The notes under the pieces were generated by a model. The model had not been told where the DNA came from. It saw only the letters and a list, made by a program, of their open reading frames with translations, and ran no database searches. 64,000 nucleotides of DNA, from positions 62,001 through 126,000 of the forward strand of contig MU058221.1 in NCBI GenBank assembly GCA_013265495.1, written 5' to 3'. Source of the DNA: Vicugna vicugna (taxonomy: Eukaryota). Of this stretch, positions 1-14,100 are shown piece after piece. The position numbers and the translations under genes were made by a program. Position 1 is the stretch's first letter. Every line of letters begins with the position of its first letter.

Positions 1-44
1 CCAATTTGGCCCTGGGACCATATATAGTTTGCACTCCTCTGGTC

Positions 45-205
45 TAGAGTCTTCTACTCAAAGTATGGTCCAAAGACCAGCAGGATCCTCGGATCACTTG
101 GGAGCGCGTTAGGGCCATCTTGGGCACCCAGGCCTTGGGAATCAAGCTCTTCACTTTATATAAGATGCCCAACAGAGTCTGCAGATGCTCTGCTGGAAGT
201 CTGTG
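45..205. mobile_element. MER5-like hAT-Charlie DNA transposon remnant
   Basis: 'ctactcaaagtatggtccaaagaccagcag...atcacttgggagc' resembles the recalled MER5A consensus; degraded. Confidence 0.5.
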
Positions 206-673
206 AGCCCCTTTAGCCGAGCACTCAGATACTGTAACAGCACAGGCCTAGAAGGAGTTTCACTTAATGCCTCCTGTGTGAATCTGATCTGGGGTAGGAG
301 AGCCAGTACTTAGCAGCCAGCCACACAGTCAGTTCTGTAAGCGATGAAAGAGCACCTTAGTGAGGACACTGAGACAGAGGGCAGGACTCGGCACAGGAGA
401 GTCTGCTCAGGGCAGCTGCTCAAGAGTGACTAGGAAGCCCCTCTGTGGTCCATGTGGCACGAGTCACTGAAGAGCAGGGGTCAGCACACCTAAACATCCT
501 CACTAATGAGACAAGGTCTGCAGAAGCTAGATAAGTGATCACTCCCAGAGCCAAACTCTACTCCCAAGCCCTCTGCCTGGGCCCTTTCTTAACAGAGACG
601 GAGCAAATCCAGGCAGCTCTGCACCGCCCACTGGTGATTCTCCCTGTAATTAAAACATTTCCGCGCCTCCTAC

Positions 674-1163
674 TGTGATGGTTAGTTTTATGAGTCAACT
701 TGACTGGCCACGGGATGTCCAGATTAAACATTATTTCCAGGTATGTCTGTGAAGGTGTTTCCAGATGAGATCCGCATTTGAATTGGTGGACTCACTAAAG
801 CAGGTTGCCCTCCCCCCAGGATGGAGAGGCTTTACGCAATCCACTGAGAGCCTGAATAGAACAGAAGGAGGAGGAAGTAAGAAGTCTCCTCTTTTTCCCT
901 GATTCACCACTGAGCTGGAGCATCTCCTCCAGTCTCGTCTTCTCTGGCCCTCAGACTGGGATTTACGCCACTGGCTCTCCTGGTTTTCGGGCCTTTGGGC
1001 TTGGACTAAACCACACCCCTGGAGAGGCTTTCTGCGCCTCCAGGCTGCCGATGGCAGATATTGGGACTTCTCAGCCTCCATGATTGTGTGAGCCGAGTCT
1101 TCATAATAAATCTACTGTTATACATGCACAGTTCTGTTTCTTTGGAGAACCCTGACTAACACA
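674..1163 (+). mobile_element. MLT2-family (ERVL) solo LTR
   Basis: Starts 'tgtgatggttagttttatgagtcaacttgactgg', ends 'ggagaaccctgactaacaca'; TG...CA termini; internal AATAAA near 1105. Confidence 0.85.
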
Positions 1164-1269
1164 CTTAACCAACATAAAGGTAAGGGGCGTGAAGCGTTCA
1201 CCCACCTACAAGTGCAATTTTGTGCTCTGTTTCTCAAGGAAGTCCCTTATCACTGGCTACTTCCTAGAA

Positions 1270-1459
1270 CAGCGATTCTCAACTTTGGGCAGTGTGCTCC
1301 CCAGGAGACATCTGGCTGTCACAACTGCGGTGGGGGTTGAAAGTGGCCTCTAGTAGGGGGCAAGGATACTGCTAAAATCATACAATGCACAGGATATCAC
1401 CCCTACAACAAAGAACTATCTGGCCCCAAAATGTTAATGCATCAAGGCTATAAACCCTG
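1270..1459 (+). mobile_element. MER20 hAT DNA transposon
   Basis: CAG...CTG termini, body matches recalled MER20, 8-bp TSD tcctagaa (1262-1269) / ttctagaa (1460-1467). Confidence 0.85.
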
Positions 1460-1559
1460 TTCTAGAACAAACATCAAATTACTTCACTGAGCAGCCCAAG
1501 ACACTCTCAGTGTTTGCGGATCTCATGTGCATGACCAATACAGCGAGAAAGATGTCAGA

Positions 1560-2450
1560 GAGAGTGGCTGCTTGGCAGCTCCTTGATGAGGACACGAGCA
1601 ACCAAATGTTCCCAGTGGCCAGAAGTGTTCTCTGGGAGAAAAGATCACATCAACCAAGCCCTCAAGAATATACAGCATCAACCATACCAGCTATTAATTC
1701 ATAACTGGAGAGCCACTTGGCATAAGATCTGGATCAGACTCTCCTTTTGACAAACTGACCCTGGGAATTATCTTGGCTAGGGCAGAATTGTGACTTAGCA
1801 GCCACATATTTTCAAAGCCAGGGTTTTCTCCCTGTGATAACCCACTGGAGTGATCCCACACCATTCTAGGGGAAAATCATATCTAGAGAACACTCGGGGG
1901 CCAGTAAACTCCTGCAGCGTACTCTCTTTGAACAGCACCTACTAATTCTTATGTTTCTTACTCATTGACAACTTTCTTTCACCCGTAACCCAAAGCTCCT
2001 TCACCTAATTACTGAAAACATGTGGCAAAACTGAAGAGACACCTGCTTTCCATCACCTGCCTACCTCTCAGAAGTTTGTCTTCCTGAACACATGTTGGTC
2101 ACCTGATGAAGATGACAAGCTGGCTTATGAGCACCATCTCTTAGATGGAATAGCTAATTGCACGCATTGTATGCCATTTTCACTGGTTTCCATTTAGGGA
2201 TAAACTTGTTCCAAGTACTGCAAATTCATATTCCCTGAAACCTTGAGTCTACTCCTTTATATTGAGTATAACCACTGGATGTACCAAATGAAATGTGCCA
2301 GATGATGGTACACTTAATCTTCTATTTCAGTAGCAGCAGTAAGCACCCCTGGTATGGAAGCCCCCACGCAGATGACTACCTCATTATATAGCGTGCAAAG
2401 GGTCATAAAAAATCTTATTATCCCCTTAGCTACCTGGGGAGAGGTGTGCT
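1560..2450 (+). mobile_element. Highly decayed non-LTR retrotransposon RT fragment (RTE-X/L4-like)
   Basis: Collinear degraded motifs in shifting frames: QWPEV..DHINQALK, TDPGNY, RDKL, DGTL, HADDYLII (YADD-like); many stops and frameshifts. Confidence 0.4.
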
Positions 2451-4276
2451 GTCAAGAGCAGAGGAGTACCTGGTTAGAACATTTCATCCCTTGCAATGCT
2501 GGTATCAGACAGTAGAGGTTCTGAAACTTGACTGGCTCTGGTTGGCTCCTCAGGCTCTGAAAGAGAAGAAAGATGGCACAGAAAAATATCAGAGAGCCAT
2601 CACATGCCTGAGAGATCACAGCATGCCTTAGACTTGGTGTTGTTCTGGCTGCTTAGCAGAGAAAGCTTGGTGGCTTCCAGACCCCTGTAGATATAGAATA
2701 GCATTCTCTGAGGAGACAAAGCCCACTGCCAGGGTTTAACCTGGAATTGGATCCAGACAGCCAGAGAAACCAACTTTCCAAGGTCATGAAAGAAAGGGAA
2801 ACAAGGGGTAAAAGAGCAAAGATGCATGCTTCCTCTCCCTTCGATCAGCCAACACCCACAACACAGCTTGAGTGGGGTGTGCGTGTGTGGCTCTTCATCT
2901 GTGAAGTCTGCAAGCCAGACTCTCTGGAACAGGAAGGGAGGAATTTCACTTTCCAGATAATAATGCACAGATGGGCCATAAAATGAAGTCTCATGCAGCC
3001 CTGTGTGGGCACGAAAAACTGGACATACTGCTGCGTGGATTCCCACAGCCTGTATCTTCCATCCAGAAATCTCAACTCAGCTAGGGAAGCCACTGGAGGT
3101 CTCTGAAAGAACTAGGTCACACACAGTTCCCTTACGTTGCCAGTTTCAATTAGGATTGTGTAGAAAAATTAAATCAGTCACAGAGCTCCCAGGGCACTGA
3201 GCTGTCCCTCTCCTCCACGCATACACACTCATTCATTTGTCATCACTGCTTCCTGCCAAGTTTTGCAGAATCTGACTTCTGCTTGTTTATTTATATCTTT
3301 ACTCACCCCAGCTGCGTCTGCCTCACAAAGGCTTTGGGTCATCTCCCTACCTCCATTTTACTGTTAAGGGCAAGAAAGAAAAGGAAACTTAAAGCACAAG
3401 ATTGTAGTTCTTTAGAGACTTGTGCACCAAAACCTGGAAGCAGGTCTTTGAAACCCACTCACTCTCAAATCTATACTAAAGAATACCCATGCAAGCACTG
3501 ACCCCAATATGGTCACATGGAGTCTGAGATGCAAAGGCTTGAATAGAAAAATAGCTCCCATCTCACAAGATGCTAAGTTATACACATGGCCCTGGAGAAA
3601 TGGCTGAGCAGAGAGAAACCTCGATTTTCTCTATAAGACTGATAAACAGCTATGGATGACACATCCAGTATGCTAGCTTACCAGCTGCTCGGCTTGGTTC
3701 TACCAACATTCCCCTCCAACCCACTGCAGCAAACCATTTCCAGGGACACATCCTGGACCTTGCTTTCACTTAGAAAGGCATCACCTCTGAAGTCTGGGCT
3801 GTGAGCTCCTTAAGGGCAGGGACCATGTCTCCATTCTTCTCTGTTCCTAGAGTTTCCCACAGTAAATGGACAAAGCCAGTGTTCCATGGATGATTAACTC
3901 ACATTCAGAAATCCCACTCCCCAACCAGAAGCTTCCATTCCTACTACTCTCGCTCCTAGAATCAAAGCAAATTTGCTTTTCAGCCTCTCTGGGACCTCAA
4001 GCATCTTATACTCTCCAGCTCACCCAGTTTGTCAGTCTCAACTTCCATTTGCTTTTCCCTACACAATCTGACTACTATAACTACACTACATTCAGCTCTT
4101 ACCAGGACCTTTTTGTTGCCCTCCCACCGCCCTCAGACCACTCTAACCCTCACCTGCCAGCTTTTCTGTTCAAAGGCTAAGTGCTTCAGAAAAAAAATCA
4201 TTAATATAAGCACCGTTGCACATGTTTGGTTTATATCAATAGGTGCAGACTAAAACAAAATGAAACAACAAAGAAA

Positions 4277-4432
4277 TTTGTTTTTTATCTACTTTTATAT
4301 ATAGTGATTAACATTTGAAAATCTCAAAGTCCCAAATCTATCCCTTCTTATTTCCTTTCCCCTGGTATCCATAAGATTGTTTACTATGTCTGTGAGTCTG
4401 TTTCTGTTTTGTAGATGAGTTTATTAGTCCCC

Positions 4433-4488
<56 letters not shown>

Positions 4489-4491
4489 TTT

Positions 4492-4531
<40 letters not shown>

Positions 4532-5340
4532 TTTTTCTTTCATTCCACATATGAGTGATATCATATAGTATTTTTCTTCCTCTTTCTGGCTGAATTAACT
4601 TAGAATAACAATCTCCAGATCCATCCATGTTGCTGCAAGTGGCATTATTTTATTCTTTTTTATGGCTGAGAAGTATTCCATTGTATAAATGTACCACAAT
4701 TTCTTTATCCAGCCATCTGTCAGTGGACATTTAGGTTGTTTCTATGTCTTGACTACTGTATATAGTGCTGCTATGAATATTGAGGTGCATGCATCTTTTC
4801 AAATTAGATTTCCCTCCAGATATATGCCCAGGAGTGGGATTGCTGGATCATATGGTAAGTCTATTTTTAGTTTTTTGAGGAATCTCCATACTGTTTTCCA
4901 CAACGGCTACACCAAACTACATTCTCACCAGCAGTGTAGGAGGGTTCCCTTTTCTCCACACCCTCTCCAGCATGTATCATTTTGGGACTTTTTAATGATG
5001 ACCATTCTGACTGATGTGAGGTGGTACCTCATTGTAGTTTTGATTTGCATTTTTCTGATAATTAGCAATATTGAGCATTTTTTTATGTGCCTATTGGCCA
5101 CTGTATGTCTTCACTGAAGAAATGTTTGTTTAGGTCTTCTGCCCACTTTTGGATTGGGTTGTTTGGTTTTTTTTGTTATTAAGTTGTATGAGCTATTTAT
5201 ATATTCTGAAATTACGCCCTTGTCAGTTGCAACATTTGCAAATATTTTCTCCCATTCTGTAGGTTGTCATTTTGCTTTGCTTATGGTTTCCTTTGCTGTG
5301 CAAAAGCCTGTAAGTTTAATTAGGTCCCATTTGTTTATTG
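4277..5340 (-). mobile_element. Young LINE-1 fragment (ORF2 C-terminus and 3' UTR)
   Basis: Antisense L1 ORF2-end sequence (e.g. 'gtggtacctcattgtagttttgatttgcat'); contains an expanded (TTTC)n tract. Confidence 0.9.
4434..4541. repeat. (TTTC)n microsatellite inside the L1 3' UTR
   Basis: Seen directly. Confidence 0.95.
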
Positions 5341-5344
5341 ATTG

Positions 5345-6820
5345 ATTATATAGCTACATTAATCAAGACTGTGTTATTACAGGGAGATAGAAACAGATCA
5401 GTTCAGAAGAATAGAGAATCCAGAAATAGACCCATACAAATATGCTCAACTGATTTTTGACACAGATGCAAAAGCAATTCAGTGGAAGAAAGAACCTTTT
5501 CAACAAATGGAGCAACTGAACATCCATAAGCCAAAACATGAACTTTGTCCTAAGCCTCACACCTTATATAAAAATTACCTGAGAATGGATCATAAACCCA
5601 AATGTAAACTGTAAAACTACAAAACTTTCAGAAAAAAAAATAGACAAATTTGGGATCTAGCACTAGGCAATGAATTCTTAGACTTGGCACCAAAGTCACA
5701 ATGCATAAGAGAGAAAACTGATCATCTGGACTTAATCAAAATTAAAAACATTTTCTCTGTGTTAAGAGGATGAAAAGACAAGTTAGAGAGTGGGGAAAAA
5801 CTGTGCAAATCATCTATCTACCAAAGGGACTAGTATCTAGAATATATAAAGAACTCTCAAAACTCAACAGCAAAAAAAAAAAAAATAGCAAACAATCCAT
5901 TTAGATCAGGGATAAAGTTATGAGGAGATATTTCACCAAAGATATTGAAGTAACAAATAAGAATATGAAAAGATATTCAACACCACTGGTCACTAGAAAA
6001 ATGCAAATTAAGACCACAGTGAGATACCATTACACATCAAGCAGAATGGCTAAACTGAAACAAAGTGACAACACCAACTGCTGACAAAGATGTGAAGAAG
6101 CTGGATCACTCACACATTGCTGGTGGGAACGTAAAATGAAACAGCTACTCTGGAAAACAGTTTAGGAGTTTCTCAAAAAAAAAAAACTAGACATGCAACT
6201 ATCACATAACCCAGCAGCTGTACTGTTGCTGGTCATTTATCCCAAATAAATGAAGACTTATATTCACACAAAACCCACACATATACTTAGTAGTTTAATT
6301 TGTGATAGTCAAAAGCTAGGAACAACCCAAATTTCTTTCAGTGGGTGAATGTTCAAACAAACTGTGGTATATTCATGTCACAGAATACTATTCAGCAAGG
6401 AAAAAGGAACAAACTTTTAGTACACGCAACAACCTGGAAGAATCTCCAGAAAAGTATACTGAGCGATTAAACGCAATCCAAAAGACTGAATACCTTATGA
6501 CTTTGTTGATATACCATTATTAAAATGTCAAAATTATAAAAGCAGGGAGTAAATTAGTGGTTTTGGGAATTAAGGAGGATTGGGTTCAGAAGAGAAGTGA
6601 CTGCAGCAATAAAAGGGCAACAGAGGGATTCTTGTGATGATGGAAGTGTTCTGTATTTTGACTGTATCAAGTCAACATCCTGGTTGTTATACTGTACTAT
6701 AGTTTTGCAAGAATTTATCATTGGGGAATTTTTATATGGAATATGGGATCTCTGCCTTATTTCTTGCAACTGCAGGTAAATCTGAAATTATATCCAAAAA
6801 AAGTCTAATTTAAAAAAATA
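5345..6820 (+). mobile_element. Old LINE-1 (L1MC/MD-type) ORF2 end and 3' UTR
   Basis: Degraded ORF2 C-terminus, then 'gtcaacatcctggttgttatactgtactatagttttgcaaga' 3' UTR and an A-rich end. Confidence 0.8.
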
Positions 6821-9009
6821 ATTTAATGCATGATCTCCAGAGTTGTCCTGAATCATCATCTTCACACTGAAGTTTAAGAAGCATTAATCTAGAAGACTCA
6901 ATCATGATATCAGGAGAAATTCAAAATTCCTTCTCATAAGGAACAATTTGAAAAGACAGAGAACGTTTCATCTGGGGAGATCTTGGAGGAGAAGGTTATG
7001 CGAGTTCTCTTTCCAGACTATGAAGGGATTGCACAGGAGGAATCAGACTCCACTCATGTGGCAGCAGCAAACAGGGCACAGGTGTGTGTGGGGGCGAGGG
7101 CACAGGACTCAGGGCTGGTCCGGCCCGAGGTTAACCCGGAGCCTTACTGTTGCCTGTCTTTAAGACTGAGCAAGGTTAGCTAACCACTCTGATCTTCTGC
7201 TTCCTCATCCTGAAAATGAAGTTAATGATTCTTAACTCAATCCATCAATCGGTTTCCAACCAGAGAAACAGAAACAGCTTCAAGTATTGACAACAAAAGG
7301 AATTGAATGTAGGGACTTGGTTGCATGTGAGAAAAACAGAAATATAGGTCGAAGGTGACTGAGAAGCTGAGATTTGAAGACTGCTACAACAGATGACAAA
7401 GTCAAGGATTTAAAGATCTTCTCAAATTGATATGAACTTCAAAAAGAGGGAAAAGTTGGAGTAAGATTGTGTGGGATGGGATCATGAGGTCATCCAGTAA
7501 TTAGCAGCAACAAACAGCAGGCAGTGGAATGGACTGAGGGAGGAGGCAGTGCTCCCCAGGGGCCAGGGTCACAAGGAAAACTCTGCAACCATGGGGGACT
7601 CAGCTAGTGAAAGCTGGTATCACGGAGATGCAGCCACGACCAGCGGAGATGCTTGAGGAAAAGAGAGAGGGAGGAAATACTCTGGCTTCCTCTTTTCCTC
7701 TGCCCTCCAGTCTCCCACTGGTGAGTCCACTGGCCAGACCTAGCAGGAAGCCAGAGCACCCTCGAGACTGAGAAAGGCAGCCTCCAGGTTGGCCCCAGCT
7801 ATCCAGGGAAGAGCATGGATCAGAAGGCCAACAGGCCCAGGTACGGCACACTCACAGGGTCCCTAAGACGCCTTGCACTTAGCAGGTACTCAATGAATGG
7901 TCACCCTAACTTTTAAGCACCCATGTTGTATGATGGGCATTTAGAACTGTATTTTCTCATCACTTTACATAGAAACGCGAGCTGGGATATTTGGCTCATG
8001 CCACATGGATTCTGCGGAGAATGCTAAGTTTTTCCCCCAAGTCAGCTGCATATCTGAGAAAGATGGAAAATGCCCTGTCCTGAAGTTTCACTGTATAAAG
8101 CAAATGTTGAATTTCCACAGCTGCTGGCTTCAGCCCATCCAGAGGAATAGTTTCAGTGAAATATTAATTTCTGAGAGAGCCACGCTGGGGTAAAATTGCA
8201 CAGTAATCCAGGCAGCATGTGCAGAATGTATTTGGTGTCAGCCAGGAATGGTTTTAATTATGTGAAGTCTTCAGAATGAGAAGACAGTGACTGAAGACGC
8301 TTGACTAAGTGCCACAGAGGCTCTGGATGCGCCCAGACCCTTCCCCAGTGTCAGTTTATTTCTGGAGTCCCCAGACCTGAAACACAAAGGGAGCTCCCAT
8401 GGAATTAAATAGTGACACTGTCAGAACCAAGAGGCACCAGGAGCAAAACCAAGACTGGACACGTGAGCATCAGCAACGCAAAGACCTCCAGTGCAGCATG
8501 AAGTCTCGGCATCCAGCTGAGCAGCCGGGCAGCCAGGGAAGAACAGAGCGGGTGGAGAATCCAAAGGAATGCTCAGAACTCGGGAGGCAGGGTACAGGAT
8601 GCTTTCCTGAAAGGTCCCCATAGGTGCAAGGTGCAGAGTGAGGCATGCACATGTTGGACACCTCCCATTTCCTGGGAGTCACTGGTGAGGTGTAGTGCTG
8701 AACCTGAAGTAGCACCTGGGAGTGGGGAGAGGACCAGGGTCCATCCCTAAGGATGAACAGGCACTAAGGACTTGACCTTGCAGATAGAAAAGCTGAGCCA
8801 ACCCTATGGGCCTTAAAAATAGTCAATGACCAGAAGTCCCTATGCTAGTGGGACAGACAGAAATCAGGAAGTTATCTTTAAAGACTAGCTTTCAGTCTCT
8901 GGGTTCTGTCTGTGGATATCTGGACCCCGGCACTAGCCTGGGGCATGGGTTTCTGTCCCAGGAGGGCCTATATGAGTGAGAACTTAAGAAAGGGGACAGG
9001 AAAATAGCA

Positions 9010-9113
9010 GGGAGGGAAATAGCTCAGTGGTAGAGCACATGCTTAGCATGCATGAGGTCCTGGATTCAATCCCCAGTATCCCCATTTAAAAAAAATAAAT
9101 AAAAATTTTAAAA
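9010..9113 (+). mobile_element. tRNA-Ala(AGC)-derived SINE (camelid vic-1 type)
   Basis: A box 'tagctcagtgg', anticodon-arm remnant 'gcttagcatgc', B-box-like 'ggattcaatccc', A-rich tail. Confidence 0.85.
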
Positions 9114-11088
9114 GATTGAGAAAAGGGGAGGATGGGTTGGGGGCATGAATTTGAAAAGGAGACAAACAAAAGCTGGTCCTGTGAAGCAGAGTAAGTGGCT
9201 TGGAGATGGGCAGCAAGATCAGCCCCAGGCTGCCCTATCAGGGCGGATGCCCTGATATTCATACCCAGAGGGTCAGGGGATCCTCTTAAGTATTTACTGC
9301 CTGAAGTCATACAGGCTTGGGCATGCCAAGGTGGGGCTGATCCTAACTGGGAGTAGGGCATGGAGCCAAACCATCTTGACCTGAAAGAGAAGTCTCGAGT
9401 ACTGATGTTGGATGAGGCAAGAACAGAGTTCTAGGTTTCTCAGACATCTCTCCAGCCCAGTATGTCCTAAGTTCATGCCCCTACCCACCCCCTTCCGCTT
9501 TCCTCTACAGTGTTCTCAGCATCCTGAGCCTCCGGGTCACCCAGGCTTAAACCTGGGAGTCATCACAGGCCTTTTCTCTCCCTTACCCTGAAAAATTCTA
9601 CTTCACATCCCTTCTCTTCTGTCCTTATTGTCACTCCCCTAACTCAGGAGGTCTTCCCTCTTCTCTTTCCCCTACCCCAAGAGCACATGCTGGTGCCAGG
9701 ATGAGCATTCAGAAACAGCATCCTAATAATGCCACTCCTCTGTTCTAAAATCACCACCTACAGAGCAAAATTCAGGTGTCAGCCTTTAAATCAGGGCCCT
9801 TCGTAGGTTCTTCCCAACCTACCTTTCCAACACAGCCCCACGTCCAAGCAAATGGAATCACCTTTTTCTTCATATACCTCCCACCAGGCTCTACCTCTGG
9901 ATTTTGCTCTGCTGAATGCACTTCTTTACGGTAATGCATTTCTGAGTCTCACCCAGCCTCCGAGATCTATGTCCTATCGCCCCTGCGAGGACGCTCTCTG
10001 ATCCTCCCTGTACACAGAATCGCTCCTTCTTTTGGACCCCATAACTCCATGTGCTAGTCTTTTGCACACAGTAGAAGTATGTGTTTTTCATATTTTTGCT
10101 TTAAGCTGTAAGTGCTTTGAAATTAGGGGCCTTACATCAGATTCTCGTTCATGAAGGAGGTGTAGGGAGACCCAAGAACGTTGAGTTTGGCCAGCTTGTA
10201 AGAAATGTAAAGATGTTTGGAGGGAATAACATTGGAAAGGAAGACTGCAGTCATACTGTGATTCTGGAGAGATAATTAATGGCATTTGAGAGTCATCAGC
10301 TGAAGTATAAAAATAGACGAGGTAATCCTGACAAAGAATACCAAAGGTCAAGGAAAAAGCTCATGGCTGAACCCTGGAGAAAACCAGCTGCCAGTGTTGG
10401 ATGGAGAAAGATGAAACTGTCAGCGGAGACAGGCAGGAAGTGGTCAGACAGAATCACAACATTCTTGCCAACACTGGACCTGAAAAGAATGTCAGCCAAC
10501 ATGGGCTTGAATAACTCTGACCAAACCCTGTGTGCTTTTCTCAGTTGTAAGAGAAGCAGGACATGATGGCAGGCTTGTGGATCCTCAGTCTGGGCCGTTA
10601 AGAAGGAGGTCCAGTTGCATTTTATTCCTAACTAGTATTCCTCAAGCAAAGGCTTCAGTCTGCCATTAGTGGGCCTCCCAAGCTCAGTGTATTTGAAGCA
10701 TCTGCAAATGTGGAGAACTCACAGAAACAAAACCCCACCAAGGAATACACAAATGGGAACAAGAAGCATTCCTGATCATACGATTCTTTGTTTTGGCCTC
10801 CCAGTCCCAAGCTGACTTCCAAGTCCATTATAATTATTAAAACCAGAGCCATAGGCACAAGGACCCTGAGGAAGTCAGAAGGATGCATCAAAAACAAAGC
10901 GGAGTCAGGAAACCCAGGGCAATCCTTCAGGGAAGTGGAGAAAAGGGAAATTCTGGGTAGGAGGTATGCCAGCCTTCCTTGGCAGGGGCTGTGTGGATCC
11001 TTGAGGAGGTGGGCAGCTTCCACCTGGGACCTTCCTGATGGTTCCCCACCAGGGGGAGCCAGTCCACAGCCACAAGGATCTGCTCTGT

Positions 11089-11131
11089 GCCAATCCAATC
11101 CAATCCAATCCAATCCAATCCAGTTCAATCC
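11089..11131. repeat. (CCAAT)n pentanucleotide microsatellite
   Basis: Seen directly. Confidence 0.95.
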
Positions 11132-14100
11132 AGCGCATACAGACTGCTGAGCACCTGGGAGGCGAAAAGCCAGGAGGCTGGTTTGTCTGATTCTAACAGG
11201 GAAGCTCCCCTAAGTCAGTTCTGTGGCTTCCTGGAAACCACACCTGTCTTACACCACACTCCAATACACTTGTTTCAAGGGTTCCACAACAGTTTGATTC
11301 AAATTATGTTTTTTAAAATAGTTTTTAAACCCTAAACAGATACACTTAGTGTGTGAGATGCCAAATGTGAACAATCACAGAATAAAGGCTCTCCTGCCCA
11401 AACTGTGAATATGGTTCAACACATGTAGATGTGTCATTAACTAGGAAAACTGTAGTTTCGAAAATTTCTGTAACGATTCAGATCTACGCAAGTCTTCTCG
11501 TGCTGTGAAACTGGAGAAGTACACCACCACCACTCTGGCTCTCGTGGGCCACGTTCTATTACACGCCAGGCGAGGCTCACGGGTATCCACTGAGTGCCTG
11601 CTCATACAATGATACAACAGTAAACCGTACGGCAATAAGTAATCACATGCCCTGCTGCGCTGTGTTAACATTGGCAGCTTTAGTGCTTGTTTTATTTCTC
11701 AGAGTGCTTGGCAGCCTTTTATAAACCACATAAGACCAGCTCCGCAATGCAGGGCCAAAGCGTCAGTGATCAGATGACAAATGGACCATGGACTCAACAC
11801 GCCAAATTAAACATTTTTTGGTGTGTTAAAGTCTTCAAGTGATTACTAAAGAGAAACAGGCACCAAAGTTTCTCGGAATAGTTTTAATAACATAATTAGC
11901 ATCCTCGAATGGCACAATATGTTTTGGGGAAGTATTCTCTGTCAAAGGAAGAGAAAAATTGGTTCAAAAATCTATTCCTTTCAATTAGATCCCTTATAAT
12001 TGAGGACTGCAAATAATTGTTACATAGTGTTAATGAGTCAACATTAAAACCAAATTTTCCCATATTCCTCTTTCAAGCTTCTGGACCATTTTAATCAGAA
12101 TAACCTGAATCTGCAAGGTATTCTGGTTAAAAGTGCTATCACTTTGAATGTCTGGCTGTCATAATTTCTCAAGGCTGTGCGGCCAGCACAAAACACAGGG
12201 GCTCACTGACAGAGAGGAGACTGTAAAGGCCACAGCTGCTGTCACAAACCCTCAGCTTAGAATTTCATGTTCATCGTCAGAGCCTCATTGTTTTCATTCA
12301 TTAACTGCATGTTATAAATTAGAACCATCAAATAAAATAATAATATACATAACAAAATTTTGGTTTCTTCTCTTTTATTCATTAATATTCCATATAAGAT
12401 TTCTTAATGCTAAAAAAAAAATTGAAAATCACCGTGTCATTCAATACATAGGAGAAATCCAATATATTGACCAGGAAATGGTTAAAGAAATAGAGGTCTC
12501 CTTGCCATTCTGTGTCCCATGTGACCCAACCCTGACCAACAGGCCTCACCAAAAGGACTGCTGAATCAATGATACAATTCTTTTTTTCTTGGATATTTCT
12601 CTGTCTCTAAAGTCCTGTCCGAAATATTCGATGCAGAGACTGTCTCTTACGGAACCTGGTCATTGCACTAAAGTAATGATCCATGGGTCAGTAGACAACG
12701 TGGGGGAGAATGGTAGCTGAATTGATTTCCTTGACCATAATTGTAAGTTTGTCCTTTCAAAGGCTAACCTTAACCTCCAGGGCTAAAGCCTAGAAGTTTT
12801 CCCTTATCCGGTATTATTACCTAAATCTGACAAACATCTCCTGGGTGACTAGGCAGTGAGTAAGACAGTGTTCTAATCTAGACACTTAAAACTCAGGGAT
12901 TCCCTAACCCATAACCTAATACCATGTGTCTTCTCCAAAGTGTAGCATCAGGTTAGAATGACAGACTGGGGTTTGGGTTTTGCTGCATGTGCTTTGTCAG
13001 ACACAGAAGAACAGTCTCATACCTAACAGGTTCCACAGCTAAAGCACAGCTTCAGCCCTTGCTGTGCCAGAGGCCAGCTGAGAACCTTCAAGGGTTGGAC
13101 AGGTCCTCATGACGGACAGAAAGGAGAGAGAGGAGACAGCTGCACAGGTTTACAGAGTGGGGCTTCAGGTCACACCCTGCGAGGTGTGTGACCTGAAGGG
13201 GAAGAGACTCCACATTTTAGGGACGGCTCAGGCTGTGATACCATGCCAGGGTTCAGCCTCAGCTCCACCAGCTACATGACATATGTCGTTTGACTTAGCA
13301 TTTCCAAACTTCAGTTTGGAAAATGGGAAATATAGCTTAATATTCCTAAGAATTCTTAAGAATTATGCTCAAGTAGGGGGTAATCCATAGAATGCACACA
13401 GCATGGTCTCTTGTGGCCAACAGGCGGCCCCTCAGGATGTGCACATGGTTCTGAGTCACAAACCCTGAACGTCCACAATTTTCTTCTTCACTGGAAGAAT
13501 CAGCCCACTGAGCTCTGAAGAAAGAACTCGATATGTTCCCATTAAATTGGTTACGTATTTCTGTCATTTTGGTCTGGGACCATGTCACAAACCACTTCTC
13601 CTCACGGCCCCCTCTTTCTTCCCCTGAATTTCAGCAATGGCTCCTAAGCGGCCTCCCTGCCTCCGTTCCGCCCCGTTCTCGCATGCAGCCTCCAGCGAGT
13701 GCCTGCATTTATCGCTCTGGCACAGGGATCAGTAACCTTCAGCTCGCACGTAAATGAAGCCACTGCCTGTCAGCGCCAGTGACATTTTACTGGGTCACAG
13801 CCACGCTCACTTGTGCACGATCAAACGTGGTCGCTTCGCACCAGAGCGGCAGCAGAAACTCCGGCCTGCCAAGCCTAAATACTTCCTGCCTGGCCTCCAC
13901 AGAAAAAGCTTGCTGCACCCTCAGTAACTTGTCCTAGGGCACTCCCCATGGCAACTCATCACTCCCGCAGGGACTTGCCTCCCGGATAAAGTCCAAGCTG
14001 TGTGAGCCGGCCCTCGTCAGTCCATCCTGACTCAGCTCTCACCATCGCTCTACTTGCAGGCTGAACCCATCCTTGCTGAATAAGGGTCCTGCAAACACAC

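Noticed and set aside
4338..5345. ORFs 4338-4628, 4689-5117 and 5154-5345
   Set aside because: L1 sense or antisense translations and a microsatellite-derived KERK repeat.
9010..9086. Possible functional tRNA-Ala genes (also at 45868 and 59280)
   Set aside because: Altered acceptor stems, mutations and A-rich tails identify them as SINE copies.
10655..11335. ORFs with WIGLD / SNPIQ repeats
   Set aside because: Produced by the (CCAAT)n microsatellite; no support as exons.
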